64,000 nt of DNA, taken from the NCBI GenBank assembly GCA_963701295.1, contig OY969585.1:1600001-1664000 (forward strand). The letters are read 5' to 3'. The DNA comes from Ignavibacteriota bacterium (GTDB lineage: Bacteria > Bacteroidota > Ignavibacteria > UBA10030). Each line of letters starts with the position of its first letter. Within the stretch, counting starts at the first letter, position 1. The notes beneath the pieces were generated by a model, which saw only the letters and a program-made list of their open reading frames with translations, searched no databases and was not told the DNA's origin. Positions 40,008 through 50,508 of the stretch are shown piece after piece. The position numbers and the translations under genes were made by a program.

Positions 40008-42524
40008 ATGAAAATCTTCTCGTTTCTTTTTGTTTTTTTAACATTTCTCGTGGCTCTTCCATTGGTAGCTCAGCCGGTTTCATCCGATAAAAAGATTGAC
40101 GACCTCATAGGAAAGATGACACTCGAGGAAAAAATAGATTTCATCGGAGGATATCAGGATTTTCACATTCGTGCTATTCCGAGATTGGGAATCCCACAAA
40201 CTAATATGGCTGACGGTCCTGTTGGTGTACGGAATTACGGTCCTTCTACTGCCTATCCAGCGACCATAAATCTTGCTGCTTCATGGGATACGCTGCTCGC
40301 CCATCGAGTCGGAAATGCGATGGGGAAAGAATCGCGGGCCCGGAATAACCACATCATGCTCTGTCCGGCAATGAATATCCATCGCGCGCCGATGAACGGG
40401 CGTAACTTCGAATACCTCGGTGAAGATCCTTACCTTGCCGGCAGGATTGCTTCAAATTACATCCAAGGTATGCAGCAGGAAGGTGTTATGGCGACCGCCA
40501 AGCACTATATGGCAAATTATCAGGAATATGACCGTCACCATATTTCATCCGACATGGATGAACGGACAATGCGCGAAATTTATCTTCCTGCATTTCAAAC
40601 TTCGGTCACCGAGGGACATACCGCAGCGGTCATGACTTCGTACAATCTCATAAACGGTACTTACGCATCACAAAACGATTATTTAATCAACAAAATTCTC
40701 AAAGACGAATGGAAGTTTGAGGGAATTGTTATGTCCGACTGGACTTCGACTTATAACGGTGTTGCTGCCGCGAACGCCGGACTCGACCTGGAAATGCCTT
40801 CGGCAATAGCAATGTGCCACGATACGCTCTTCCCTGCCATCAAGGATGGACGGGTATCGGAAAAAACCATTGATGATAAGATCCGGCGAATACTTCGAAA
40901 CTACGAACGGTTCGGGTATTTTGAAAATCCGGATATCAGCAAGGGATATGTCTTAGACTCTGCCGGCGTGCGTGCGACAGCACTTGATGATGCGCGAGGC
41001 GGTATAGTATTATTGAAGAATGAGCAAAGTATTCTTCCGATACAATCAAATTTAATAAAACGCATTGCTCTCATTGGTCCGAATGCTGATCCTGCGGTTA
41101 CTGGAGGCGGAGGAAGCGCACTTGTTCAGCCGCTCCATCCCCTTTCGCTCTACGAAGCATTACAGCGTATTGCACCGAAAGGCGTCAGCGTCACTTTCGA
41201 ATCCGGTATCTACGAAACAGAATTTCTTCCATCGGAATTCTATGCTCAGAGTAAATTCTATACCAAGACCGGCGGGAAGAAAGTTCCCGGCTTGAACATA
41301 GAGTACTTTGCTAAACGCCGGCCCGAAGGAATACCGGATCATGAACAGTATGCTGATAACAGCAATCTCGTGCTCAATAATATTCCATCTGGAATTACAA
41401 AGGATTTCTTTTCAGCAAAATGTTCTGGACTTCTTCAAGTTGAGGAATCCGGAAAATATCGGTTTGTTGTTTCAGCAGATGTAGGTTTTAGACTTCTTGT
41501 CAATGATTCAGACGTTGCGGGCTCATGGGGAAATGTAAAAGAAGCGGTACATTCTGCGACAATTCAACTGGAGGCAGGAAAAGAATATAAAATCACTGTG
41601 CTCGCATGGCCGCGCCACGCCAATGGAATTGTCCGGCTGGGATACGAAACAGAAAAATCAGCAAAACAAAAAGCCGCGGCAAAATATCAGCAAGTACGCC
41701 AGCTTGCTGAGCAGAGCGATCTCGTTATTCTCTCAGTTGGATTCAATAATGAGATAGAGAGGGAAGACGCAGACCGATCATTTGTGCTGCCGGTACAGCA
41801 GCAAGAGTTAATTCAGGAATTACTGAAAGCAAAAAAGGATGTTATTATCGTTCTGAACGCTGGCGGCAACGTTGATATGAACCAATGGCTCCCGCAAACG
41901 AAAGCGCTCATCCATGCCTGGTATCCCGGACAGGAAGGGAACATCGCTGTTGCTGAAATTCTTTTTGGAAAAACTAATCCTTCCGGAAAACTTCCGGTAA
42001 GTTTTGAGAAACGCTGGGAAGACAACGCAACGTATAAAAGTTACTATGATGACGACGGCGATAAACATGTAAAATTCACTGAAGGAGTTTTTCTCGGGTA
42101 CAGGCATTTCGATAAGGACAATATCGAACCGCAATTCCCCTTCGGGTTCGGACTTTCGTACACAACATTCGAATATAGCAATCTGCGCACGTATAAAGAT
42201 CAATTTAGGACAACCGATCCTGTGGAAATCAAACTCACGGTAAAAAACACTGGAAAGGTGGATGGCGCAGAGATTGTAGAACTTTACGTGAATGATCCTG
42301 TCGCTTCTCTGCCGAGGCCTCCCAAAGAACTCAAGGCGTTTTCAAAAGTTCAACTCAAAGCCGGAGAAAGCAAAGAAATAAAATTTACTTTGAATGAAAA
42401 TGCGTTTCACTTTTACAACCCGGAGAAGAAACAGTGGGTCGTAGAACCCGGCGAGTTCAATATTCTCATCGGAAGTTCCTCAAAGGATATACGGTTAAAA
42501 AAGAAAATTATAATTCTTGAATAG
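40008..42524 (+). CDS. GH3 beta-glucosidase with PA14 insertion and FnIII-like domain
   Basis: ADGPVGVR, GRNFEYLGEDP, KHY, nucleophile motif MSDW, AWYPGQEG, FPFGFGLSYT. Signal peptide from the ATG at 40008. Confidence 0.93.
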   Translation: MKIFSFLFVFLTFLVALPLVAQPVSSDKKIDDLIGKMTLEEKIDFIGGYQDFHIRAIPRLGIPQTNMADGPVGVRNYGPSTAYPATINLAASWDTLLAHRVGNAMGKESRARNNHIMLCPAMNIHRAPMNGRNFEYLGEDPYLAGRIASNYIQGMQQEGVMATAKHYMANYQEYDRHHISSDMDERTMREIYLPAFQTSVTEGHTAAVMTSYNLINGTYASQNDYLINKILKDEWKFEGIVMSDWTSTYNGVAAANAGLDLEMPSAIAMCHDTLFPAIKDGRVSEKTIDDKIRRILRNYERFGYFENPDISKGYVLDSAGVRATALDDARGGIVLLKNEQSILPIQSNLIKRIALIGPNADPAVTGGGGSALVQPLHPLSLYEALQRIAPKGVSVTFESGIYETEFLPSEFYAQSKFYTKTGGKKVPGLNIEYFAKRRPEGIPDHEQYADNSNLVLNNIPSGITKDFFSAKCSGLLQVEESGKYRFVVSADVGFRLLVNDSDVAGSWGNVKEAVHSATIQLEAGKEYKITVLAWPRHANGIVRLGYETEKSAKQKAAAKYQQVRQLAEQSDLVILSVGFNNEIEREDADRSFVLPVQQQELIQELLKAKKDVIIVLNAGGNVDMNQWLPQTKALIHAWYPGQEGNIAVAEILFGKTNPSGKLPVSFEKRWEDNATYKSYYDDDGDKHVKFTEGVFLGYRHFDKDNIEPQFPFGFGLSYTTFEYSNLRTYKDQFRTTDPVEIKLTVKNTGKVDGAEIVELYVNDPVASLPRPPKELKAFSKVQLKAGESKEIKFTLNENAFHFYNPEKKQWVVEPGEFNILIGSSSKDIRLKKKIIILE

Positions 42525-42547
42525 CAGTCTCCAATAGTTCTTCTGAT

Positions 42548-42579
42548 AAAAAGCCTCAGCAAACGTCTGAGGCTTTTTG
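42548..42579 (+). terminator. Bidirectional intrinsic terminator
   Basis: AAAAAGCCTCAG...CTGAGGCTTTTT. Confidence 0.85.
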
Positions 42580-43067
42580 TTTATTCAACGGAATTTGAGA
42601 GGGATGGCTAGTGCGGCGGATTTCCATCATCGTAGGGAGTATGGCTCGAGACTATCTTCTTCCTCACATCCAGCCGGCCGACTACATATACAATGAACAC
42701 ACCGACTTTTTCCTGTCATTACGAGTCCCGCACAAGCGGGATGAAGTAATCTGCACACTTGGACTTTCCTTTGGTAATTCCTCTTTTGCAGATTGCTGCG
42801 TTTCCCCATCAACTTCGTTGTTTAGGATTCTCGCGATGACGATTATTCTTTCTAATATGAAATCTGACGATAGCTGAGGGCATGCCCAAATCTCCGACAT
42901 GCTTCTCGCCAAAATAGTTGCGAGTTATCAGAAGAGAATCAAGTGGCAAGGCAGGAAAGGAGAAAAGGATCCTTCTTTGGAACTTGTATCGAGATATCAT
43001 CGTTCTCGGATGAAACCATTGGCATAACAATGCGTCTAACTATTAAACAATATAGTATGGAGGAAAT

Positions 43068-43520
43068 ATGGCACACAAAATCATTTCATTCGCCTTCCTG
43101 GTCATAGCAATCAGTCTCTTCGGATGTGCGTCTGAACGATATACACAGAATGATAAAGATCATTCTATGCGAAGAGACACCCTCAGAAGGATGACCCAGC
43201 AAGATGTGATTAATTTGTCGAAAGCTGGCGTGAGCGACAGCCTTATCGTTGACATGATGGATGTAACAGACACCTGGTTCCAATTGAAACCGCAGGAAGT
43301 TATTGATCTCAGAAATGCGGGTGTGAGTGAGAAAGTGATCAGCGCTATGATGACTCAGCCGAGCGAATCATCAAGCCAATCAAGCAATCCCGGTGTGGTA
43401 CGATATTATGGCTATCCACCGTACTTCTGGTATTATGGATTTTATCCGGACTGGTATTATTATCCTCGACTTTCTGTGAGATTAGGATTCAACGGCTTTT
43501 ATCATAGGCGGTTCCGTTAG
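43068..43520 (+). CDS. Hypothetical lipoprotein
   Basis: Lipobox LFGC, twin LxxAGVS repeats and a Tyr/Pro-rich tail. Confidence 0.8.
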   Translation: MAHKIISFAFLVIAISLFGCASERYTQNDKDHSMRRDTLRRMTQQDVINLSKAGVSDSLIVDMMDVTDTWFQLKPQEVIDLRNAGVSEKVISAMMTQPSESSSQSSNPGVVRYYGYPPYFWYYGFYPDWYYYPRLSVRLGFNGFYHRRFR

Positions 43521-43685
43521 CAGAATTCTCTGATCTTAGAGGATAAAAGAGAATTTTTAGAAGCAGGAGTTTCGCTTCAGGTGAAGTTTCGGGTTGAGTG
43601 ATCTTGGTCTCGACAAATCTTTCATCGTCGGAGAATGTTCTTGACAATGGAGAACTTCAACGATAATTTTAACTCGAATCACTAA

Positions 43686-43722
43686 TAAAAAAGCGGAGAA
43701 TCTTAAAAGAGATTCTCCGCTT
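43686..43722 (-). terminator. Intrinsic terminator between convergent genes
   Basis: AAAAAAGCGGAGAATCT...AGATTCTCCGCTT. Confidence 0.8.
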
Positions 43723-43769
43723 GTAATACACACAGTCTCTTTTCGAGCCGCTCAAAAAGGTACTGCTAG

Positions 43770-44870
43770 TTATTCGAATATCTTATCAAAGATATTCCAC
43801 GGACCCTCATGTAAGTTTTCCCGCCATGGCCGATTTTTTTTCCATTCTTTATACTGTTCACGCGTCATGATACCGATCGGCCCCTCGTAAATGCCGCCGG
43901 GCCCCCCTCCGTCATATACACGAACAGCGATAACATTATCTGTACCCGACTTCAGTACACCGGCTGAAATGGTATAGGCACGAAACTCTCTATACTCTCC
44001 ATCGAGATTACTTCTTTTTGGATTGCTGCGGATTTTTCCCGTGCGGCCAATTTCTTCTCCATTGACATAAGTTTCATCAAGGTCGTCAATTTTGCCGAGG
44101 AGAAGGACTATCGTTTTTTCCGAGAGTTCTGAAGGCAATTTAAAATGCAGTCTATACCATGCCACGCCATCATACCAAGGATATCCTTGGGATTCCCAGT
44201 ATCCTGGAACAAAAATTTGATTCCATGAGCGGTCATCAAAGGAAGGATCCATCCATTTTTCCGAATCGCCCGTCTTGAACCGCCACTTGCCTACAAATGA
44301 AATTTCCGGAGTAAGATATGTCTTCGATTCGAATAAACCGATCTTGCCGCTCACGATTCCGCCGGCAAGTCCATCATCATAGACACGAACCGCTATGACA
44401 TTGTCTCCTGAAACGTTGAGAGCATTTTGAGAAATAGGGAGAACAACTTCGACGTTGTACGCAGTCGTGTAATCCGGAGGGAAATTGCCGGTAATTCCAA
44501 TAAGCATTCCGTTGAGATAGACTTCGGAAACGTCATCTATACAGCCGAGGCGCAGGTACAGCGCTTTCTTTTCTACTTCTGTAGGCAGCCGGAAATGTTT
44601 ACGGTACCAAGCATATCCATCGTAACCGGGATAACCTTCATCCTCCCATGGAGAGGGAACGAAGATCTCGTCCCATTTCGAATCATCAAAAGCAATGCTT
44701 GCGCGTTTCTCATCATCGCCGAGTTCAAACTTCCATTTTCCGCGGAGGTCGAGGACGGATTTCCAATCTTCTGCCACCGCAAAGGAAACAAGCGTGAGCG
44801 ATAGGAGAATGGCGATTCGGAGGTATCGTGATTTCATGTGACAGAGTATCATCTCTGTATTTTTTTTCAT
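43770..44870 (-). CDS. Secreted tandem beta-galactosidase jelly-roll (GH2 sugar-binding) domain protein
   Basis: Two repeats of WKF..GD...DDxxW...VPxxWE...YDGxAWYR...LGxIDD...NVIAVRVYD...GGI. Confidence 0.85.
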   Translation of the reverse strand: MKKNTEMILCHMKSRYLRIAILLSLTLVSFAVAEDWKSVLDLRGKWKFELGDDEKRASIAFDDSKWDEIFVPSPWEDEGYPGYDGYAWYRKHFRLPTEVEKKALYLRLGCIDDVSEVYLNGMLIGITGNFPPDYTTAYNVEVVLPISQNALNVSGDNVIAVRVYDDGLAGGIVSGKIGLFESKTYLTPEISFVGKWRFKTGDSEKWMDPSFDDRSWNQIFVPGYWESQGYPWYDGVAWYRLHFKLPSELSEKTIVLLLGKIDDLDETYVNGEEIGRTGKIRSNPKRSNLDGEYREFRAYTISAGVLKSGTDNVIAVRVYDGGGPGGIYEGPIGIMTREQYKEWKKNRPWRENLHEGPWNIFDKIFE

Positions 44871-44885
44871 ATTGTCCTCGGTTGT

Positions 44886-45311
44886 TTAGTTGGAACTCAA
44901 TAGCGTCTTGGACATTCTTTCAGCCAGTGCGCTAAAAAATGCATCCCGGTCGCTGTACTGACGTGTGGCTTCTGCTTTGAACATTGCCGGGTTAGCAAAC
45001 ACTGCTTCAGCTAGATATGCTTTATATCGAATCACCGGTGTAGTACCGTTAACCACAAGACTTTCAATTTCATCCTTGATCGCTGGAAATTCATCCGCTG
45101 GAATATCCAGCTTTATCATCGTAACAATTGCAAGAGCCGATTCAATGAATCCGTTGTGCTTGGAGCTCAAAGCGGCCGCATAGGTCTTATCCAGTCGCTC
45201 TTTATCTGCAGTAGAAAAATTTTTGAGCACAGGGAAAAAGGTTTGTGCTTGTGAAAGATTAGTTATCGCAAATATCATCAGTGCAGCCAATACCATTTGT
45301 TTCTTGTTCAT
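44886..45311 (-). CDS. Hypothetical secreted protein
   Basis: GGAGG RBS before MNKKQ; signal peptide; helical body (IRYKAYLA). Confidence 0.75.
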   Translation of the reverse strand: MNKKQMVLAALMIFAITNLSQAQTFFPVLKNFSTADKERLDKTYAAALSSKHNGFIESALAIVTMIKLDIPADEFPAIKDEIESLVVNGTTPVIRYKAYLAEAVFANPAMFKAEATRQYSDRDAFFSALAERMSKTLLSSN

Positions 45312-45374
45312 GACATCCTCCTGAAAAGTTGTGGATTTATATTTCATTGACTGATACATAATACGCCCACAGAA

Positions 45375-45419
45375 GGTCAAAGATGTCATGATAGGGTCAA
45401 GAATTGTAAAAGATTATCA
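45375..45419 (-). promoter_or_regulatory. OmpR-type direct repeats
   Basis: GTCA/GTCA/GTCA/GTAA/ATCA at 45376, 45385, 45396, 45406 and 45416, about 10 bp apart. Confidence 0.55.
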
Positions 45420-45424
45420 TGGAA

Positions 45425-46105
45425 TCAAGCGATCAACTTGTATCCCATGCCATGAATGGTGAAGATGATTTTGGGATGGGCAGGATCATCCTCGATTTTT
45501 TGCCGTATCTTCAAAATAAAATTATCTATCGTCCGCGTGCTTACCGATTCGTCATATCCCCAGACGTTCGTTAAAAGGTCGTCCCGGCTGACGGTCTCAT
45601 TACGGTGCTGCCAAAGATATTTCACGATCTCGAACTCTTTCGGCGTCATGGAAAATTCTTTTCCATTCTTCGAACCGCAATAACTGGCAAAATTTATTAT
45701 AATATCTCCAAGCACCATTATCGTATCACCGGCACCAGAGGGTGCTGTACGGCGCAAAAGGGCATTCACCCGCGCGATGAGTTCGCGCAAGCTGAATGGT
45801 TTTGTGACGTAATCATCTGCGCCCAGCTCCAATCCGAGAACTTTATCGATCTCTTCGCCTTTTGCAGTCAGCATAAGGATGGGTGTGCGGATTCCTTTCT
45901 CTCTTGATTTCCGTACGACATCGAATCCCGACATCTGCGGAAGCATGACATCCAGAATAACGAGATCGAATGATTCGCGGAGCAAAGTTTGATATCCGCT
46001 GCTGCCGTCTCCTACAACCATAACCTCGTGCCCTTCGAACTCAAGGTTGTCGCGCAAACCACGTTGCATCTGGGGTTCATCTTCAACAAGAAGTATCCGT
46101 GCCAT
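45425..46105 (-). CDS. OmpR-family response regulator
   Basis: LDVMLP, GADDYVTKPF and a winged-helix region (RTIDNFI...GMGY). Confidence 0.95.
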   Translation of the reverse strand: MARILLVEDEPQMQRGLRDNLEFEGHEVMVVGDGSSGYQTLLRESFDLVILDVMLPQMSGFDVVRKSREKGIRTPILMLTAKGEEIDKVLGLELGADDYVTKPFSLRELIARVNALLRRTAPSGAGDTIMVLGDIIINFASYCGSKNGKEFSMTPKEFEIVKYLWQHRNETVSRDDLLTNVWGYDESVSTRTIDNFILKIRQKIEDDPAHPKIIFTIHGMGYKLIA

Positions 46106-46110
46106 AGTGA

Positions 46111-47727
46111 TTATCCTTTGTGCGTCGAATCTGATCGGTTCACAATTGGAAACAGAAGTCGGAATGTGCTTCCCTTGCCGGGTACACTTTCAAGTTCTAT
46201 CGTTCCCCCGTGTGCGTCCATAATGTGGCTGACGAGAGAAAGACCGAGTCCGCTGCCTTTGATGTTGTTTGTCAGTCCAGTTGAAACACGGTAAAAGGTT
46301 TCGAAGATTTTTTTATGGTAATGCTTATCGATACCGATGCCATGGTCTTCTACTTCCACATAGATCATACGATCTGTTTGGCCCGTTTTGATCCGCACAT
46401 ACTTGTCGGCAGCGGAGTATTTTACGGCGTTATCGAGAATATTGATGAGCGCTTCGGCTATGGCTTCACCATCAGCGTGAACAGCCGGCAAGTTTTCACC
46501 AACCTGTACAGAAGTTATGAATTCTTCATGCTCCAAATGAGAAGTATACGTCTTTAAAACGCCGGTGATAACATCGTTAAGTGCGATCTGCTCAAAATGA
46601 TATTGTTTTTTCCCCGCTTCCATCCGGGAAAAGTTCAAAATGTTATTGATGAGGCGCGTTAGCCGCTCGGTCTCCTGGAGAATGGTTTCATAATATTCAT
46701 CTTTCTTTTCTTCTGTTTGCACCCTCTTCATGGAAAGCGTTTCTGTGAACATTCGGATAAGGGATAGTGGTGTCCGCAGCTCGTGTGAAACATTCGACAC
46801 GAAATCTCCTTTTAGCCGCACAAGCTCCATTTCCTTTTTCAGAGTGCGATACATAAGCCATACAGCTCCGATAAGAAGAATATCCAGAACTCCAATAAGG
46901 ATAAGATTTCGTTCTGCCCTTGCCTTTACAACATCTTCAACGCTGGTTCCTCTTAACCTGATGCCGATGCTGTGACCTGGAAAGAGCCAGAGGTCTTTGA
47001 TTTCCCGAAGCTCTGTGATTTCAACGGGAGACGTTGAGAGAACGATTTGTCGGTTCCGGCGGTCGAACACTGCGAGCAGAAATTCCTCTCCGGCAGCTTG
47101 CTCGATTTTTGCTTGGAGAACATCGGTGAGAAATGACTTTGCATCGATCAAAAACCCGGCTATTTTCTGCTCCGGGAATCGGGACGATGTCACAAACATG
47201 AGTAACAACCCCTGACCCGAAACACTATCCCCGATGATGACAGGTTCAATTTTCCGATAGCCGGAAGATGCATATCGCAATAATTTTTCGATGGTCGCTG
47301 ATTGGTTTTGCAGAGAAGATACTGAGATATTCTCATTACCTCTTGCCTTTTCTTTTTTCTGCTGCGTCACGAAAGAAATAGAATGACCTGTAGAATCAAA
47401 GTAGAATACACCATGAACGGCTACCCTCTTGTTCAGAAATATTCTCGTGTCAGAATCCACGCGTGAAGGTTGAGAGGTGATGAGAAGTGCATTGATCTCA
47501 CCAGACCAGCTTTGAGCGACATCCAGCGCATACTGGTTGATTGAAAAAAGAATAACATCCAGTTGTTTTATGTAAATCGATTGAATCAGTTCTTCAGTCG
47601 AACTTAATGAGCTTACTTCATAGGCCGAATAAAAGAGTACGGGCAGAAGGGCGACAAGCACAAAGATGATACCAATCTTGTGTCCGTTTTCTATTCTGCG
47701 CGCTTTGATATATTTATTATTTTTCAT
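46111..47727 (-). CDS. Sensor histidine kinase
   Basis: Two TM helices, SHELRTPL, NAVKY, GSGLGL. Confidence 0.93.
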   Translation of the reverse strand: MKNNKYIKARRIENGHKIGIIFVLVALLPVLFYSAYEVSSLSSTEELIQSIYIKQLDVILFSINQYALDVAQSWSGEINALLITSQPSRVDSDTRIFLNKRVAVHGVFYFDSTGHSISFVTQQKKEKARGNENISVSSLQNQSATIEKLLRYASSGYRKIEPVIIGDSVSGQGLLLMFVTSSRFPEQKIAGFLIDAKSFLTDVLQAKIEQAAGEEFLLAVFDRRNRQIVLSTSPVEITELREIKDLWLFPGHSIGIRLRGTSVEDVVKARAERNLILIGVLDILLIGAVWLMYRTLKKEMELVRLKGDFVSNVSHELRTPLSLIRMFTETLSMKRVQTEEKKDEYYETILQETERLTRLINNILNFSRMEAGKKQYHFEQIALNDVITGVLKTYTSHLEHEEFITSVQVGENLPAVHADGEAIAEALINILDNAVKYSAADKYVRIKTGQTDRMIYVEVEDHGIGIDKHYHKKIFETFYRVSTGLTNNIKGSGLGLSLVSHIMDAHGGTIELESVPGKGSTFRLLFPIVNRSDSTHKG

Positions 47728-48070
47728 TTCGCTATGTGAAATTCAATTACCATTTCCTCATTCCAACTCTGAACAAAATACTCCAGAGATCAATCAAAGG
47801 CAAGCATTTCATGTGTAAGTCAATACAATAAAGACAAGAGCATGCCATCGATAATATTTTCATACTTCAACATTTTATGTGTCTCCTTTTCTATCAGAAA
47901 GGTTTCTTCGCACGCAATGAGAAGTTGTTTGATTTCAGATACTGGAAAAACCATAAAGGTAAAACTTTTGAAAGTATCCAAGTATTGTCATCTCGTTTAC
48001 AAAATCGTATATTAATCCATGAAAAGTTTTTTTATGATGGACTCTAAGTTCAATATTCGAGGATCCTGCA

Positions 48071-48749
48071 GTGAATGAATTAGTTGAAAAAATAGGTCAA
48101 TGTGTAGAACGAGGAAAGATTAATAAAATATCATCATATCCTAACGATATGAAAGGAGTGGATGGTGCCGAAGAGTTAACCGTGCAAGCATTGGAAACCG
48201 CTGTGAAACCTAGTGCCATACTTCAGGCATGTACCTGACGGCATGCAGCGTATTGGAGAGCGATTCAGTAAAAATGAAGTGTTTGTTCCGGAACTTTTGA
48301 TGGCAGCGAAAGCGATGCATACTGTCATGGTTCAGCTTGAGCCATTTTTTAAATCGGGGAGTGTGAAGGTGAAAGGAAAATTTATTCTTGGAACCGTTAC
48401 AGGCGACTTACATAACATCGGTAAAAATCTTGTTCGGATGGTTGTAGAAGGAAATGGTTGGCAGGTTGTTGATTTGGGTGTAGATGTCAAACCTGCAAAG
48501 TTTTTAGAAGCGATTAAAAATACTCCGGGATGTATAGTCGGGTTAAGCACTTTATTGACAACAACAATGGCAAATATGTCGAAAACCGTACAAGAAATCA
48601 AAACCAATTTTCCTACGACGAGTATTATCGTAGGTGGTGCGCCGCTGACAATGGAGGCTGCACTCAAAATGGGTGCTGATGGATATTCTCCTGACCCGCA
48701 AGGTGCGGTCGCATTTCTTAACAAAGTCAGTGGAGTGAATATTGCTTGA
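48071..48749 (+). CDS. Corrinoid (cobalamin-binding) protein; +1 frameshift near 48233-48236
   Basis: GTG at 48071 gives MNELVEKIGQCVERGK...LQACT. The sequence continues in the next frame as DGMQRIGERF...FVPELLMAAKAM, GDLHNIGKN, IVGGAP. Confidence 0.88.
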
Positions 48750-48808
48750 AAGAAACTGTTCCTTTGTAACACAGAGCTGTATACTTGAAGAAATTTGCAG
48801 GGTAGAAA

Positions 48809-49693
48809 ATGAGCTCACTTCTTGCGGCACTTAAAAGTAAAAACATTCTCATCTCAGATGGAGCGTGGGGTACATTCCTGCATCAACGTGGATTGCAGCC
48901 GGGGGAATGTCCGGAGTTATGGAATATTACCCATCGCAATGATGTTTTCGCAATTGCAAAAAGCTATATAGATGCCGGAGCTGATATGATCCTTACCAAC
49001 AGTTTTGGCGGCAGCCCCTCAAAATTAGAACATTTTGGACTGCAGAACCGTTGTGCGGAATTGAATGAAACCGCCGCTGTTATATCCAGAACTGCGGCAG
49101 GCACCGATCATCTTGTACCTGGCTCCATTGGTCCTACGGGTGTTATGTTGATGATGGGAGAGGTTTCTGAAGAGACACTCTACGATGGATTCTGCGTTCA
49201 AGCGAAGGCTCTTAAAAGAGGAGGCGTTGACGCCATTTGTATTGAAACCATGTCCGCTCTTGATGAAGCTTGTCTCGCAATCCAAGCAGTCCGCAAATCT
49301 ACCGGTTTGGAAGTTGTATGCACGTTTACTTTTGAAAAAACTGTTTCCGGCGAATATCGGACTATGATGGGTGTCTCACCCGCTGAAATGGTTCTAGCTG
49401 TTAAGGAGGCTGGAGCAGTTATCGTCGGGACGAATTGCGGTAATGGATTCGATCAGATGATTGACATAGTTCAGGAAATCAGAAGTATTGATTCAGTAAC
49501 GCCCATTCTTGTTCATGCGAATGCCGGAAAACCGATATTTCAGAATGGCAAAACGGTTTTTCCTGAAACACCAGAAATGATGGCAGCGAAGGTCCTGGAA
49601 ATAATAAAATCCGGGGCAAATATTATCGGCGGTTGCTGCGGTACAACACCAACCCATATCCAAAAATTGGTTGATGCAGTGAGAATTCTCTGA
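48809..49693 (+). CDS. Homocysteine S-methyltransferase (stand-alone MetH Hcy-binding domain)
   Basis: DGAWGT, TNSFG, IETM, GTNC, NAGKP, GGCCGT (Zn ligands). Confidence 0.93.
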   Translation: MSSLLAALKSKNILISDGAWGTFLHQRGLQPGECPELWNITHRNDVFAIAKSYIDAGADMILTNSFGGSPSKLEHFGLQNRCAELNETAAVISRTAAGTDHLVPGSIGPTGVMLMMGEVSEETLYDGFCVQAKALKRGGVDAICIETMSALDEACLAIQAVRKSTGLEVVCTFTFEKTVSGEYRTMMGVSPAEMVLAVKEAGAVIVGTNCGNGFDQMIDIVQEIRSIDSVTPILVHANAGKPIFQNGKTVFPETPEMMAAKVLEIIKSGANIIGGCCGTTPTHIQKLVDAVRIL

Positions 49694-50448
49694 TGACCGA
49701 CGGCTTTTCTCATGTTGAGAAAGAAAAAGATGTTTTTGAAGCCATGATTGACTTCAAAGATCTTAAAGTAAGCAAGACTGAAGTTGTCTTATCACTCGGA
49801 TACAGCGATGCTATTCTTCCCGCTCATTTTGAAAAGATGATCGATACTATTCTTGATCAACTGTCAAACTATTGTACAGTACAGGCAGGATATCGGATTC
49901 TTGATGTCCAAAAATCGGGAAAACGAAACGACGGCTTAGTGATTGGTGGTTCGTTCTTCGCGCTGAAGAAGATCGTTACCAGCCATCTCAAAAAATCCGA
50001 AAAAGCAGTGTTGTTTGTATGCACCATCGGTTCTGGGATGGAAACATGGGCAAAAGAATTATCCAACGAAGGCGATATTGCATTAAGCTATCTTGTTGAT
50101 ACGGTTGCATCGATAACGGTAGAACAGGCAGCCGATGTGCTTCATGATTATATAGGAAAGCATATGCTGGCTCTTGGATTGAAAATTACGAACAGGTACA
50201 GTCCGGGCTATTGTGATTGGCTGGTGGCGGAACAGCACCTTCTTTTTTCATTTCTGCCGGCTCAATTCTGTGGAATAACACTCACAGAATCCGCGCTCAT
50301 GATCCCCATAAAATCTGTGAGCGGAATTATTGGCGCCGGGACGGCAGTCAAGAGAGTTGATTATATGTGTAATACATGTGGTATGAAGGATTGTACATAT
50401 CGCGCATACCGTCGAGCAAAGACAAAACGTGCTGATCGGAAAATGTAA
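49693..50448 (+). CDS. Stand-alone MetH reactivation (SAM-binding) domain
   Basis: CTIG, RYSPGYCDW, PIKSVSGIIG and C-terminal CxxCxxxxC. Confidence 0.88.
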   Translation: MTDGFSHVEKEKDVFEAMIDFKDLKVSKTEVVLSLGYSDAILPAHFEKMIDTILDQLSNYCTVQAGYRILDVQKSGKRNDGLVIGGSFFALKKIVTSHLKKSEKAVLFVCTIGSGMETWAKELSNEGDIALSYLVDTVASITVEQAADVLHDYIGKHMLALGLKITNRYSPGYCDWLVAEQHLLFSFLPAQFCGITLTESALMIPIKSVSGIIGAGTAVKRVDYMCNTCGMKDCTYRAYRRAKTKRADRKM

Positions 50449-50508
50449 AGGTAAAGAACGATCATAAAAAAAATCAAGAGATCATTGCCTACGTAGAGAT
50501 GGGAAAAA

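Noticed and set aside
42611-43030. Short overlapping ORFs after the GH3 terminator
   Set aside because: No family motifs or good RBS; treated as non-coding or an unrecognisable remnant.
43020-43033. TGGCATAACAATGC as a sigma54 promoter
   Set aside because: GG-to-GC spacing is 9 nt instead of the strict 10.
47730-48070. Cobalamin or SAM riboswitch upstream of the corrinoid cluster
   Set aside because: AT-rich, with no recognisable B12-box or S-box core.
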